64,000 bases of DNA from Litorilituus sp. (GCA_030754235.1 JASMAS010000074.1:2657-66656); one strand, 5' to 3'; positions 52,921-63,452 are shown, counted from the stretch's first letter. The notes: generated by a model not told the origin, from the sequence alone. Numbers and translations are program-made.

Positions 52921-53133
52921 GTTCCTCCTACAGAAACCTTTTTTATTAACTTATAAATTGATCTTTCTTCCGACTTTTTCGTCAAAAGTGCTCATTGACG
53001 TTCGTCAACTCCGCGCTTTCCCCTAAAATTCGAAAAAAATCTCTGCTTTCTAAGTGATAAAACATTAAATCACCTAAAAGATTAATTGCTTCAAGTTAGC
53101 TCATATTTATTAACTCGCCACCCGAAACTTTTT

Positions 53134-55044
53134 TTATTGTCTTGTTTTAACTTCTTCGTTTAACTTAGCGATAAAGTCATCAACAGACATTTTTCCTAAA
53201 TCTTCACCACTTCGAGTTCTCACGGCAATTTCGCCAGATTCCATTTCTTTGTCACCGACAACTAAAAGGTAAGGAACTCTCTTTAAAGTGTGCTCGCGGA
53301 TTTTAAAGCCTATTTTCTCATTTCTCAAGTCTAGTTTTGCTCTAAAGCCATTTTCTTTGAGTTTTTTTACAACTTTTTCACAATATTCGCCTTGTTTATC
53401 GGTAATATTCATAATTGTTGCTTGAATTGGCGATAACCAGGTTGGGAATTTCCCCGAATACTCTTCAATTAAAATACCAATAAAGCGTTCTAATGAACCT
53501 AATATTGCACGATGAATCATGACAGGTTCATGGCGTTCACCATCTTCACCGATATAACTTGCCCCAAGTCGACCTGGCATAGAGAAATCTAATTGAATGG
53601 TACCACACTGCCAAGCTCGACCTAAACAATCGTGTAATGTAAATTCAATTTTAGGACCGTAAAACGCCCCTTCTCCTGGCTGATACTCAAACTCGATGCC
53701 ATTATTTTCTAACGCTTTTGCTAAAGCCAGTTCAGCTTTATCCCAAATTTCCTCTGAACCAACTCTTTTTTCAGGTCGGGTAGATAACTTGATATCAATA
53801 TCTTCAAAGCCAAATGTTTTGTAGGTATCAAATACCATATTAATACAGGCAGCCACTTCTTGCTGTATTTGCTCGTCGGTACAAAATACATGAGCGTCAT
53901 CTTGTGTAAAAGAACGTACACGCATCAATCCGTGTAAAGATCCTGATGGTTCATTTCTGTGTACTAAACCAAACTCAGCCATACGGTATGGTAAATCGCG
54001 GTACGACTTTAAACCCTGATTGAAGATTTGTAAGTGACCTGGGCAATTCATTGGTTTAACAGCGTAGGTACGTTTTTCTGACTCAGTAGAAAAAATCATA
54101 TCGCCATATTTATCCCAATGGCCTGATTTTTCCCACATACCTACATCAAGAATTAAGGGTGCTCGCACTTCTTCATAATCAAACTTAATCAATTGCTCAC
54201 GCATATAATCTTCAAGCGTTTTATAGATAGTCCAGCCATCACTGTGCCAAAACACCATACCCGGTGCTTCTTCTTGCCAATGAAATAAATCTAATGTTTT
54301 GCCTATTTTACGGTGATCACGTTTTTCTGCTTCGGCAAGACGTTGAATATAGGCTTTAAGCTGCTTTTTATCAGCCCATGCCGTGCCATATACACGCTGT
54401 AGCATTTTATTATCACTATCGCCGCGCCAGTATGCACCGGCAAGTTTCATTAACTTAAAGTGATGACAATGACGCATGCTTGGTACGTGAGGACCACGAC
54501 ACATGTCAATGTATTCTTCATGATGATATAAGGCAGGTGTATCATCTTGAGGGATATTTTCATCTAAAATCTCAAGTTTATAAGTTTCACCGCGCGCTTC
54601 AAAGGTATCACGTGCTACTTGCCATGAACCGACTTTTTTCACCACTTGATAATTAGTACGCACAAGCTCTGTCATACGTTTTTCAAGTTTAGCTAAATCC
54701 CCCTCAGTGATGGTGTGCTCTAAATCGACGTCATAATAAAACCCATTGTCGATAGTAGGACCTATAGCCATTTTAGTATCAGGCCATAATTGCTTGATAG
54801 CATGACCTAATAAATGTGCGCAAGAGTGACGAATGATCTCTAATCCTTCATCATCTTTATTAGTAATTAGTTGTAAACTAGCATCAGTGTCAATTAATTC
54901 ACAGGCATCAACTAAATCACCATTGATGCGACCAGCAATGGTTGCTTTGGCGAGACCAGGGCCAATATCAGCAGCTACATCCATAACCGATACAGCATTG
55001 TCAAAAGCGCGAGTTGAACCATCAGGGAGCGTTATTACAGGCAT
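53134..55044 (-). CDS. thrS: threonine--tRNA ligase
   Basis: Start trimmed to ATG 55044 ([10 protein letters not shown], matching the E. coli ThrRS N-terminus), with AAGGAAAA upstream. It has class II motifs and the zinc-site HxxxH region. Confidence 0.96.
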   Translation of the reverse strand: MPVITLPDGSTRAFDNAVSVMDVAADIGPGLAKATIAGRINGDLVDACELIDTDASLQLITNKDDEGLEIIRHSCAHLLGHAIKQLWPDTKMAIGPTIDNGFYYDVDLEHTITEGDLAKLEKRMTELVRTNYQVVKKVGSWQVARDTFEARGETYKLEILDENIPQDDTPALYHHEEYIDMCRGPHVPSMRHCHHFKLMKLAGAYWRGDSDNKMLQRVYGTAWADKKQLKAYIQRLAEAEKRDHRKIGKTLDLFHWQEEAPGMVFWHSDGWTIYKTLEDYMREQLIKFDYEEVRAPLILDVGMWEKSGHWDKYGDMIFSTESEKRTYAVKPMNCPGHLQIFNQGLKSYRDLPYRMAEFGLVHRNEPSGSLHGLMRVRSFTQDDAHVFCTDEQIQQEVAACINMVFDTYKTFGFEDIDIKLSTRPEKRVGSEEIWDKAELALAKALENNGIEFEYQPGEGAFYGPKIEFTLHDCLGRAWQCGTIQLDFSMPGRLGASYIGEDGERHEPVMIHRAILGSLERFIGILIEEYSGKFPTWLSPIQATIMNITDKQGEYCEKVVKKLKENGFRAKLDLRNEKIGFKIREHTLKRVPYLLVVGDKEMESGEIAVRTRSGEDLGKMSVDDFIAKLNEEVKTRQ

Positions 55045-55063
55045 GAAATTTTCCTTATCAGTG

Positions 55064-55084
55064 GTGGCACATACCAAGTGTCAC
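55064..55084 (-). promoter_or_regulatory. candidate ThrRS translational operator hairpin (tRNA-Thr anticodon-arm mimic)
   Basis: Minus strand reads GUGACAC-UUGGUAU-GUGCCAC, with 6 of 7 stem pairs. The 7-nt loop has U at position 33, GGU at 34-36 and A at 37. It ends 19 nt upstream of the thrS AUG, next to the SD. Confidence 0.5.
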
Positions 55085-55103
55085 TTGAGATTTACGTATG
55101 TTA

Positions 55104-55134
55104 GATAAAACAAAAAGAGCTACGTAGCTCTTTT
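55104..55134 (-). terminator. hairpin plus U-run after the oxidoreductase gene (terminator and/or distal thrS operator arm)
   Basis: Minus strand reads AAAAGAGC-UACGUA-GCUCUUUU followed by UGUUUU. The loop contains CGU. Confidence 0.6.
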
Positions 55135-55161
55135 AGGTATGTTTTGCGTTAATTAGCCGTA

Positions 55162-55190
55162 ATTGTAAAAGCCTTGTTATTGATACACAA
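55162..55190 (-). promoter_or_regulatory. candidate sigma-70 promoter for thrS
   Basis: Minus strand reads TTGTGT (55190-55185), a 17-nt spacer, then TACAAT (55167-55162). Confidence 0.4.
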
Positions 55191-55200
55191 GTATTATTCA

Positions 55201-56880
55201 TCAATTATCTGCAAGAATTGATAATGCAATAGCTTCTGCCACTTTAATACCATCAATACCCGCGGATAAAATACCACCTGCATATCCAGCTCCCTCACCT
55301 GCTGGGTATAAGCCTTTAGCATTCAAGCTTTGCATCGTTTGTCTATCACGAGTTATTTGAATAGGTGATGAAGTACGAGTTTCAACAGCAGTCAAAGTAG
55401 CTTCTTCCATAGAAAACCCTTTAATTTTTCTATCAAACGCGGGTAAGGCTTCCCTGAGTGCTTCCACGGCATAATCAGGTAAAGCTTCACTTAAATCACA
55501 GTATTTAACACCCGGTTTATAAGAAGGAATAACCTTGCCATGATCTCCTGTTTTTCTTCCTGCAAGAAAATCACCTACCAGCTGAACAGGTGCATCATAA
55601 CTCTCCCCCCCTAAGCGAAAAGCTTGCTCTTCTAAGCGGCGTTGAAACTCAATACCCGCTAGCACTGAATCATCCTTTGCAGCAAACTTTCCTTGCGTGT
55701 AATCTTTTGGCTCAATACCAACTACAATGGCACTATTGGCATTTTGCTCTTTACGTGAATATTGACTCATACCATTGGTAACAACACGTCCTTCTTCAGA
55801 AGCAGCCGCAACGACAGTGCCGCCAGGGCACATACAAAAACTGTAAACACTTCGGTCATTTTTAGCATGGTGAACTAATTTATAATCTGCGGCACCTAAA
55901 ATCTTGTTGCCTGCATTTTTACCAAAACGGGCCTCATCAATAACGGATTGTTCATGCTCAATTCTAAATCCCACAGAAAAAGATTTCGCTTTAATATAGA
56001 CACCTTCATTGTGTAACATTTTAAATGTGTCACGAGCACTATGACCAATAGCTAAAGCAATATGGTTGGTTTCAATGTAATCTCCATTTGCTAATGTTAA
56101 GCCTGTCACTTGCTTGGCGGTATAATCAGCTAATGTCTCTTCATCAAAAGCGACAGATTTATCATCTGTAAAATGAATCTGTGCAACTTTTTGCTCAAAA
56201 CGCACTTCACCACCCAATTCAATAATTTTAGCGCGCATGGTTTCAACCATCATGATCAGCCTAAATGTACCAATGTGAGGTTTGCTGATATATAAAATTT
56301 CTTCAGGGGCGCCTGCTGCAACAAATTCATTTAACACCTTGCGGCTATAATGTTTTGGATCTTTGACTTGACTGTATAATTTGCCATCAGAAAAAGTCCC
56401 TGCGCCACCTTCTCCAAATTGCACATTTGACTCGGTATTCAGAATTTTCTTACGCCAAAAGCCAAAAGTATCTTTAGTACGTTTTTTAACTTCTTTACCG
56501 CGCTCGACAATGATGGGGTTAAAGCCCATTTGTGCTAACACCAACCCTGTAAACAAACCACAAGGTCCCATACCAATAACTACAGGCCTTTTATTTAACT
56601 TTTGAGGTGCTTGACCAACAAATTTGTATTCCATGTCAGGTGTTGGCTTTACCTGTGGGTCTTCGCTAAATACCGCTAATAGCTGTTCATCTTTAGTGGT
56701 ATTAATATCTAAGGTATAAATGAGCAGTATTTTGTTTTTTTTTCTAGCATCATATCCACGTTTAAAAATTGTAAAGTCGATTAACTCATCCTTTGTTATC
56801 GCCAATTTTTCAAGAATTGCTTGCTCGATGGCCTCGGCTTGATGATCTAAAGGTAATTTAATCTCGGTTAAACGCAGCAT
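55201..56880 (-). CDS. FAD-dependent oxidoreductase (COG2509-like)
   Basis: 559 aa with the dinucleotide-binding motif VVIGMGPCGLFTG and a C-terminal YPAGEGAGYAGGI. Confidence 0.8.
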   Translation of the reverse strand: MLRLTEIKLPLDHQAEAIEQAILEKLAITKDELIDFTIFKRGYDARKKNKILLIYTLDINTTKDEQLLAVFSEDPQVKPTPDMEYKFVGQAPQKLNKRPVVIGMGPCGLFTGLVLAQMGFNPIIVERGKEVKKRTKDTFGFWRKKILNTESNVQFGEGGAGTFSDGKLYSQVKDPKHYSRKVLNEFVAAGAPEEILYISKPHIGTFRLIMMVETMRAKIIELGGEVRFEQKVAQIHFTDDKSVAFDEETLADYTAKQVTGLTLANGDYIETNHIALAIGHSARDTFKMLHNEGVYIKAKSFSVGFRIEHEQSVIDEARFGKNAGNKILGAADYKLVHHAKNDRSVYSFCMCPGGTVVAAASEEGRVVTNGMSQYSRKEQNANSAIVVGIEPKDYTQGKFAAKDDSVLAGIEFQRRLEEQAFRLGGESYDAPVQLVGDFLAGRKTGDHGKVIPSYKPGVKYCDLSEALPDYAVEALREALPAFDRKIKGFSMEEATLTAVETRTSSPIQITRDRQTMQSLNAKGLYPAGEGAGYAGGILSAGIDGIKVAEAIALSILADN

Positions 56881-57054
56881 GGCTTAAAGTCCAAATAAAG
56901 ATGAAGGTAGATAAAACACTATTTTACTCGATATTCGATACTCTTTTAAACAAGAGATTGAATTTAATTGAGAAAAGGAGCATAAAGCGAATTAGTTAAA
57001 AATGACTATACTAACCTTATGTTTTGAGAAAGTTCACAAGCGTAGGTGATAACG

Positions 57055-57963
57055 ATGTGGCATTATATAGAACAAGCCATTAGTACTGAAACAGGTACGC
57101 CTTTTAAAATAGTAGAAAAAACACCTTTATCTGCAGGCCTTTCTAGTGGCAACCCCGTTGATGTAAATGACCAACCACTTAATTTTTCATTTAAAGTGTC
57201 AGACGGTAACCGAAAATTTTTTGTTAAGTTAAACAGTAAAGAAAACTTAATAAACTTTCAAGCAGAAGCATATTCTCTAAAGCAATTAAAACAACTCTCA
57301 AATATCGCTTGTCCTGATGTGACCACAATAGGTGTTAGTTTAGATAAAAGCTTTCTTGTTCTCGACTATATTGCCTTTAGCAAGGCAAAACCGGTACTCT
57401 GGTATCAACTTGGTCAGCAATTAGCTCAAATGCACCAAGAAACTACCCATGGCCAGTTTGGCTGGCAACACGACAATTTTGTTGGCAATACCATTCAGCC
57501 AAATCACTGGAGCAGTAATTGGTCCACTTTTTTCTCTGAGCAACGTATTGCTTGGCAACTACAACTACTTGCTGAAAAATCTATTTTGTTAGGCAATATC
57601 GATTTCATTGCACAAGTTTGTCACGATGCTTTACTACATCATTATGTCACCCCTTCACTAGTCCACGGTGACTTATGGCAAGGTAATACAGGCTTCACTT
57701 TTGAACAGGGGGTTATTTTTGATCCTGCTTGTTACTACGGCGATCGAGAAGTTGACATCGCCATGACTGAACTTTTTGGGCAATTTCCTAAAGACTTTTA
57801 TCATGGTTATCAAGCTGAGTACCCGCTAGATGAAGGTTATGATCAACGTAAATTAGTGTATAACCTTTATCATGTACTAAATCATGCCAATATTTTTGGC
57901 GGAATCTACATAGAGCAAGCTAAATCAATGCTTTCACGAATTATTGCCATGAAAATTCACTGA
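57055..57963 (+). CDS. fructosamine/ketosamine kinase family protein (YniA-like)
   Basis: Start set at ATG 57055 (MWHYIEQAIS, compare E. coli YniA MWQAIS), with AGGTGA 5 nt upstream. It has the catalytic HGDLWQGN and DPACYYGDREVD. Confidence 0.85.
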   Translation: MWHYIEQAISTETGTPFKIVEKTPLSAGLSSGNPVDVNDQPLNFSFKVSDGNRKFFVKLNSKENLINFQAEAYSLKQLKQLSNIACPDVTTIGVSLDKSFLVLDYIAFSKAKPVLWYQLGQQLAQMHQETTHGQFGWQHDNFVGNTIQPNHWSSNWSTFFSEQRIAWQLQLLAEKSILLGNIDFIAQVCHDALLHHYVTPSLVHGDLWQGNTGFTFEQGVIFDPACYYGDREVDIAMTELFGQFPKDFYHGYQAEYPLDEGYDQRKLVYNLYHVLNHANIFGGIYIEQAKSMLSRIIAMKIH

Positions 57964-58065
57964 TCTAGATTAATAAAACGCTTAAAAAAAGCACATCTAG
58001 TGGCAGTCTACAATCACATTGCCATACTAAAAGATAGAATTAAACTTATATTAAAGGTGTTGTGT

Positions 58066-58272
58066 ATGTCTAAAGAGCTAAGGGAAAAACGTATTGAATG
58101 CCCACATTGCGGTCACCACTTGAGGGTGACTATTGACTCCTCAGCTGGGGATCAAAATTATTACGATGAATGTCCAAACTGTTGTCGAGAAATTCATTTC
58201 AACTTACACATTGATGAATACCAGCAAAAAGTTCAACTAGCTATAGACAGTGACGACGAACAAATTTTTTAA
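58066..58272 (+). CDS. CPXCG-motif zinc-ribbon protein
   Basis: Start trimmed to MSKELREKRIECPHCGHH. It is 68 aa with CPHCG ... CPNCC cysteine pairs. Confidence 0.7.
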   Translation: MSKELREKRIECPHCGHHLRVTIDSSAGDQNYYDECPNCCREIHFNLHIDEYQQKVQLAIDSDDEQIF

Positions 58273-58350
58273 CGCTTGCTTGCATACTCCATCTTCAATA
58301 TGATGAGGTAAACCTGAAAACTACTCTTTAAGTGTTACACCTGTTATTTA

Positions 58351-59712
58351 ATGAACTTTACCTCTTTTTTTGCTCATACTAAAAGCTTAATCAAGCTCGC
58401 TTACCCGATTTTAATTGCACAGTTAATTCAAAACTTAATGGGCTTTGTCGATATTGTCATGGCGGGTCACGTTAGTGCGACTGACATGGCGGCTGTTGCT
58501 GTAGCAAACAGTATTTGGCTCCCCCTTATTTTAACGGTTTATGGGCTGATTATGGCACTGTCGGCAATTGTCTCCCAATTGGCTGGTGCTAATCAGCATT
58601 CTAAAATTAGTGAACAAACTTACCAAACCGCATGGATTGCCTTGACTTTAGGCATAGCACTTATAGGGCTTTACTATTTACTAACGCCTGTGATTGCCCC
58701 TTATGTTCAATTAGAAGGTAATCTAAAGCCCTTATTATTTGATTATTTACGCTATATTGTTTGGGGCGCACCGGGGTTTTGTCTTTACTTGGTATTAAGA
58801 AATTATTCAGAAGGGTTGTCCTATACCAAGCCAACCATGATAATTAGTATTATTGGTTTACTGATAAATATTCCTGCTAATTATATTTTTATTTATGGGG
58901 AGTTTGGTGCGCCTGCATTAGGTGGCGCTGGCTGCGGAGTAGCAACAGCCATGGTATATTGGTCTATGTTTATTAGCATGCTTGTCTATACTATTAGCTC
59001 AAAAGTACTACAGCAAGCTTCTCTTTTTGATACTTTCTACTGGCCTAATTGGCTTAAAATCAAGCGTATACTCGCTTTAGGTATTCCAATTGCTTTATCA
59101 TTATTATTTGAAGTAAGCCTTTTTGCGATTGTGGCAATTATATTAGTACCATTTGGCTCAGAGGTAGTTGCCAGTCATCAAATAGCCCTTAACTTTAGCG
59201 GCTTAATATTTATGATACCACTAAGTTTAGCTATGGCAACGACTATTAAAGTTGGCCACGCTGTTGGTCAAAATAAGCATCATCAAGCAAAAGATTACAC
59301 TAACCACGCAATAATATTTGGCTTATTACTTGCTATTTTTACCGCGCTGATCACGGTGCTTTTTAGAGTGCCTATTGTCAGCATTTATACTAATGAAGCA
59401 CCGGTAATAGCACTTGCTGCTAACATTATGTTACTCGCTACCTTGTATCAATTTTCAGATACTGTACAAGTAGTTTCAGCTGGTGCTTTACGCGGCTATA
59501 AAGATACTAAATCTATTTTATATATTACCTTTGTTTCTTATTGGTTAATTGGTTTAACCGTGGGGGTAATTTTAGGAATAACAGATTGGGTTGTACCAAA
59601 GATGGGGCCCTATGGTTTTTGGATTGGTTTTATTACTGGCCTAACCGTTGCAGCCATACTTCTGGCTTTGCGCTTAAAAGTCGTTCAACGACGACTTACG
59701 ACGGTACGTTAA
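58351..59712 (+). CDS. norM: MATE-family multidrug efflux pump NorM
   Basis: 453 aa with 12 TM helices. The N-terminus LIKLAYPILIAQLIQNLMGFVDIVMAGHVSATDMAAVAVANSIWLP matches Vibrio NorM. Confidence 0.88.
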   Translation: MNFTSFFAHTKSLIKLAYPILIAQLIQNLMGFVDIVMAGHVSATDMAAVAVANSIWLPLILTVYGLIMALSAIVSQLAGANQHSKISEQTYQTAWIALTLGIALIGLYYLLTPVIAPYVQLEGNLKPLLFDYLRYIVWGAPGFCLYLVLRNYSEGLSYTKPTMIISIIGLLINIPANYIFIYGEFGAPALGGAGCGVATAMVYWSMFISMLVYTISSKVLQQASLFDTFYWPNWLKIKRILALGIPIALSLLFEVSLFAIVAIILVPFGSEVVASHQIALNFSGLIFMIPLSLAMATTIKVGHAVGQNKHHQAKDYTNHAIIFGLLLAIFTALITVLFRVPIVSIYTNEAPVIALAANIMLLATLYQFSDTVQVVSAGALRGYKDTKSILYITFVSYWLIGLTVGVILGITDWVVPKMGPYGFWIGFITGLTVAAILLALRLKVVQRRLTTVR

Positions 59713-59787
59713 CTGCCTTAAAATTAGCCAGTCACGTTAAATATTAGCTCATTTGCCACTTATTTAACTTTATTTAACTAAAAGCAC

Positions 59788-59816
59788 TTGCAAGCAACAA
59801 ACTTGGCGGCTAACAT
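59788..59816 (+). promoter_or_regulatory. sigma-70 promoter of tRNA-Val
   Basis: TTGCAA (59788-59793), a 17-nt spacer, then TAACAT (59811-59816), followed by the GC-rich discriminator AGCGCCCC. Confidence 0.6.
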
Positions 59817-59853
59817 AGCGCCCCGTTGAGTCATTCAACAGCTTTCAATTTAT

Positions 59854-59930
<77 letters not shown>

Positions 59931-60028
59931 TCTTATACAATACAAACTATTTTCTATACTATCAATTTACTTTAAGGCAAGTATAATTTACCCGTATTTA
60001 TTCTTCACGCGATAACAGAGCCTACATA

Positions 60029-60505
60029 ATGAGCTATATCCCTCTAGATCTACTAAAAAATGCTTGGATTTTCAAACATAAAAGTCTTCCCATCGCTGAA
60101 ATTGATTTATTAAAAATCAAGCCCATGTCAAAAGATCGCGCCAATATCTTATGGGACACTTTTATTAGTCGCCAGGTTGATCATCCTGACTTTTTTAAAA
60201 AAGGTGACTGGCCTTTTGATAAAAGTTACTGGCTTGAGCAAGGCAAGTGGGAAAATATTTGGGACAGTAACGAGCAAGAGTTACCTGAGTTAATCAGTAA
60301 ACATATGGCTTGGGATACTAATACCGTCATCTATTATTGCGTCCATAGAGATAACGTCATTGAAACCACTTGGGCAGTATTTACACGTTGTTGGAAAAAC
60401 TTTCTTTTTATGGATGATGGCCCCATCCTTATCGGTAAAAAACGTCAACAAACCGTACAATTTACCAGTAATGGTTACTTCAAAATTGGCAATAAACCTA
60501 AGTAA
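60029..60505 (+). CDS. conserved hypothetical protein (possibly DUF2947)
   Basis: 158-aa soluble, Trp-rich protein. The family name is an uncertain recollection. Confidence 0.45.
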   Translation: MSYIPLDLLKNAWIFKHKSLPIAEIDLLKIKPMSKDRANILWDTFISRQVDHPDFFKKGDWPFDKSYWLEQGKWENIWDSNEQELPELISKHMAWDTNTVIYYCVHRDNVIETTWAVFTRCWKNFLFMDDGPILIGKKRQQTVQFTSNGYFKIGNKPK

Positions 60506-60517
60506 TAAACTTAAGCA

Positions 60518-61423
60518 ATGAACATTAAGAAGAGCTTACATACTCGCAACAAGCATCGTCAGGGTTATGAATTTACTCAATTGGCTAAGGTTTATCCTGA
60601 GTTAGCAAAGTTCATTATTGATAATAAGCACAATCAACAGCCAACCATAGATTTTGCTAACAGTAATGCGGTAAAAGCACTAAATGCATCCTTACTTAAA
60701 AAGCATTATCAAATACAACATTGGGATTTCCCAACAGGCTACTTATGCCCTGCCATACCTGGTAGGGTTGACTATATACACTACCTTGCCGATTTGTTAA
60801 CAGAGTCTGACATTCATAGTGATACTAAAGTATCTATATTAGACATTGGCACCGGAGCTAGCTGTATTTATCCCATATTAGGGGCTCGTGAATATAATTG
60901 GCACTTTGTGGCTTCCGATATTGATCCTATGTCGATAAAAGCGGCCACGGCAAACATAAAAGCGAATACGAATATTGCTAAGCACATTGAGTGCCGATTA
61001 CAAAGTGATAGTAAAAGTATCTTTAGCAATATTATCAAAAAAGACGAGTTTTATCATTTAACTTTATGCAATCCCCCTTTTCACAAATCTTTAGCTGATG
61101 CTAGAGCTGGCACGGTTCGAAAATGGCAAAACTTACAGAAAACAGGCCAACCTACCCATAAAAATTCGCTAAATTTTGGCGGCCAAAAAGCTGAACTTTG
61201 GTGTCAAGGTGGCGAGTTGGCGTTTATTAGGCAAATGTTCAAAGAAAGTAAAGTATACCGTGATCAAGTCTTATGGTTTACTTGCTTAGTGTCAAAAAAA
61301 GATCATATCGCTAAGCTTAAACTCAGCTTGAAAAAAGCCAACGTTACTCATGTAAAAGTAGTCAATATGGCTCAAGGTCAAAAGGTAAGTCGATTTATCG
61401 CATGGAGCTTCTCCAAATTGTAA
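60518..61423 (+). CDS. rlmF: 23S rRNA (adenine1618-N6)-methyltransferase
   Basis: 301 aa with LHTRNKHRQGY at the N-terminus, the SAM motif LDIGTGASCIYP and the catalytic NPPFH. Confidence 0.88.
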   Translation: MNIKKSLHTRNKHRQGYEFTQLAKVYPELAKFIIDNKHNQQPTIDFANSNAVKALNASLLKKHYQIQHWDFPTGYLCPAIPGRVDYIHYLADLLTESDIHSDTKVSILDIGTGASCIYPILGAREYNWHFVASDIDPMSIKAATANIKANTNIAKHIECRLQSDSKSIFSNIIKKDEFYHLTLCNPPFHKSLADARAGTVRKWQNLQKTGQPTHKNSLNFGGQKAELWCQGGELAFIRQMFKESKVYRDQVLWFTCLVSKKDHIAKLKLSLKKANVTHVKVVNMAQGQKVSRFIAWSFSKL

Positions 61424-61514
61424 GCTTCTTTTTATCTTTTTCAAAATATAGAATATTTCCAAAAAGCAAAGTATTATTAAAGCTAGGGCTTAAACTGTAC
61501 TACTAACATGCGCA

Positions 61515-62297
61515 ATGTATAAATCTATAGGTACTATCTTACTTTTGTGTTTATTTGATAAGCATTGTTTGGCTTTTCAAAACAAGGTGACTCTAGTAAC
61601 CGAGCATTTGCCACCATATCAAATAGTCGATAACAACACTTTCTCTGTAACAGGGTTTGCTACCGAGATGGTTCTAGAAGTTGTAGAAAGATCAGCTATT
61701 GAGTATGACTTACAGGCTTATCCATGGGTGAGAACATATAATTTAGCCCTGAAAAAAAGTAATCACTGTATATTTTCTCTTGCCCGGCTACCCAGTAGAG
61801 AAAAGCTATTTACTTGGATTGGCCGTATTACAGAAAAAAATAATACTGTCATTTGGTCATTAAAAAGCAATAACAATGCTAAACAAATTAAAAAGATAGA
61901 AGATTTGAAGCATTATGTTACTGCAGTAACTAGAAATGATGCTAGCCATACAGGTATGTTAAATCTGAACTTAATAGAAAATAAAAACCTGTATGTGTTA
62001 CATCACACGCAATCATTGATTAAATTACTGGTTGAACGCCCAGAAATAGATTTTATCGTCGCTGATGATATAACCATACCTTATCGAGCCAAACTAGCGG
62101 GTATTTCTATGGATTTATTAAAGCGTGTTATTGAACTAAAGAACTTACCTCTTAACTTTTACCTTGCTTGTAATATAAAATCAGACAAAGTGATTATTGA
62201 AAAGCTGACTAAAAGTTTAGCCGATATCCATCAAGATGGTACTTATCAAAAAATTCTCACTAAATGGATTGATGAAATGCCTTATTTACTTCACTAA
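61515..62297 (+). CDS. orphan periplasmic substrate-binding protein (family 3 SBP-like)
   Basis: 260 aa with a signal peptide and a type-2 periplasmic-binding-fold pattern (TEHLPPYQ...). No adjacent permease or ATPase genes are present. Confidence 0.6.
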   Translation: MYKSIGTILLLCLFDKHCLAFQNKVTLVTEHLPPYQIVDNNTFSVTGFATEMVLEVVERSAIEYDLQAYPWVRTYNLALKKSNHCIFSLARLPSREKLFTWIGRITEKNNTVIWSLKSNNNAKQIKKIEDLKHYVTAVTRNDASHTGMLNLNLIENKNLYVLHHTQSLIKLLVERPEIDFIVADDITIPYRAKLAGISMDLLKRVIELKNLPLNFYLACNIKSDKVIIEKLTKSLADIHQDGTYQKILTKWIDEMPYLLH

Positions 62298-62310
62298 ATC
62301 ACTACCGCTA

Positions 62311-62817
62311 TTAACTTAATGTACTATTTCCTAACATGCTCTCAGGCATAAGCACAGCAATGACTTGTCCTTTCACACAAACGACATCATTTGCCAACAA
62401 GGTAATATCAACCACTATTTTACGATTTTTTACTTCACTAAAACGCCCAATAAGCACTAATTCAACACCTTGAGGCGTTGGCGCTAAATAGCGAATATTT
62501 AATGCGCCAGTAACAAAACGTAAAACAGGTAAACTGCCCATTTCTCGCCCTTGTGAAAGATAAGCCATAGCCGAGGCACTACCCGTACCATGACAGTCAA
62601 TTAAAGAAGCAAGCATACCGCCGTATACAAAGCCAGGAATGGCGGTGTAAACATCACTGGGGGTATAGCGAGCAATAGTGGTGTTTTTTAGTGGGGTATG
62701 CTCATCAAAATGCTGCCAATAACTTTTTAGCTGATGACCATGTTCATTATTGTTACCGCATCCGTAACAATGACTTAACTCATCGGGATAACAATCTTGA
62801 AAAGCCTGTTTATTCAT
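62311..62817 (-). CDS. PaaI-family hotdog-fold thioesterase
   Basis: 168 aa with an N-terminal CYGCG and a hotdog core (GFVYGGMLASLIDCHGTGSA). Confidence 0.7.
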   Translation of the reverse strand: MNKQAFQDCYPDELSHCYGCGNNNEHGHQLKSYWQHFDEHTPLKNTTIARYTPSDVYTAIPGFVYGGMLASLIDCHGTGSASAMAYLSQGREMGSLPVLRFVTGALNIRYLAPTPQGVELVLIGRFSEVKNRKIVVDITLLANDVVCVKGQVIAVLMPESMLGNSTLS

Positions 62818-62912
62818 AATAAATCCTACTTATCGAGTAATAATAATTAATCGCTCGTACATCATCAATCACCGTGTTGCCATTAACTAAATCTCTTGCT
62901 GTGACTAAAGTA

Positions 62913-63305
62913 CTAAACGATAGTAATATCAAAATCAGGCATCGCCTGAATCACCTTTTTAACCGTACAAGTATTTGCCGCAGCAAGCATGGCCTTTTCA
63001 TATTTTTTGGGGAAGTCATTAGGTAGGGTTACTGTTAATGTGATCTTTTTCTTATAGGGATCACCTTTTGAAACATTCTCGTTATTTTGCACAACCTTCA
63101 AACCATCGGTGTTTATATCCCGTTGTTGACAAAATTTTCTCATATAAAACGTAGCACATAACGGCATACTCGCAAGAAAATAATCAAATGGCTCCGGAAG
63201 CTCAGCTTTGCCACCTGCGGCAACACTTTGATCACTGATTATGCTATGTTCACCAAAATTGGCTTGCAACTGCTGTCCTTCCAGTAACTTCACCTCTATT
63301 TTCAT
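62913..63305 (-). CDS. OsmC-family protein
   Basis: 130 aa with conserved Cys contexts (MPLCATFY, ANTCTVKK). Confidence 0.75.
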   Translation of the reverse strand: MKIEVKLLEGQQLQANFGEHSIISDQSVAAGGKAELPEPFDYFLASMPLCATFYMRKFCQQRDINTDGLKVVQNNENVSKGDPYKKKITLTVTLPNDFPKKYEKAMLAAANTCTVKKVIQAMPDFDITIV

Positions 63306-63452
63306 GCTCTACTCCAAATACTGTCTGTCAAAAATCTGATTAACACACAATACATTAGCACCAGCTAATATTCAACTTACCTGACTAGGTAAAGCAATAA
63401 ACCAATTTAAATTTTAAAGTAAAAAATGGTTGAAAAGTACACTGCACAGGTG

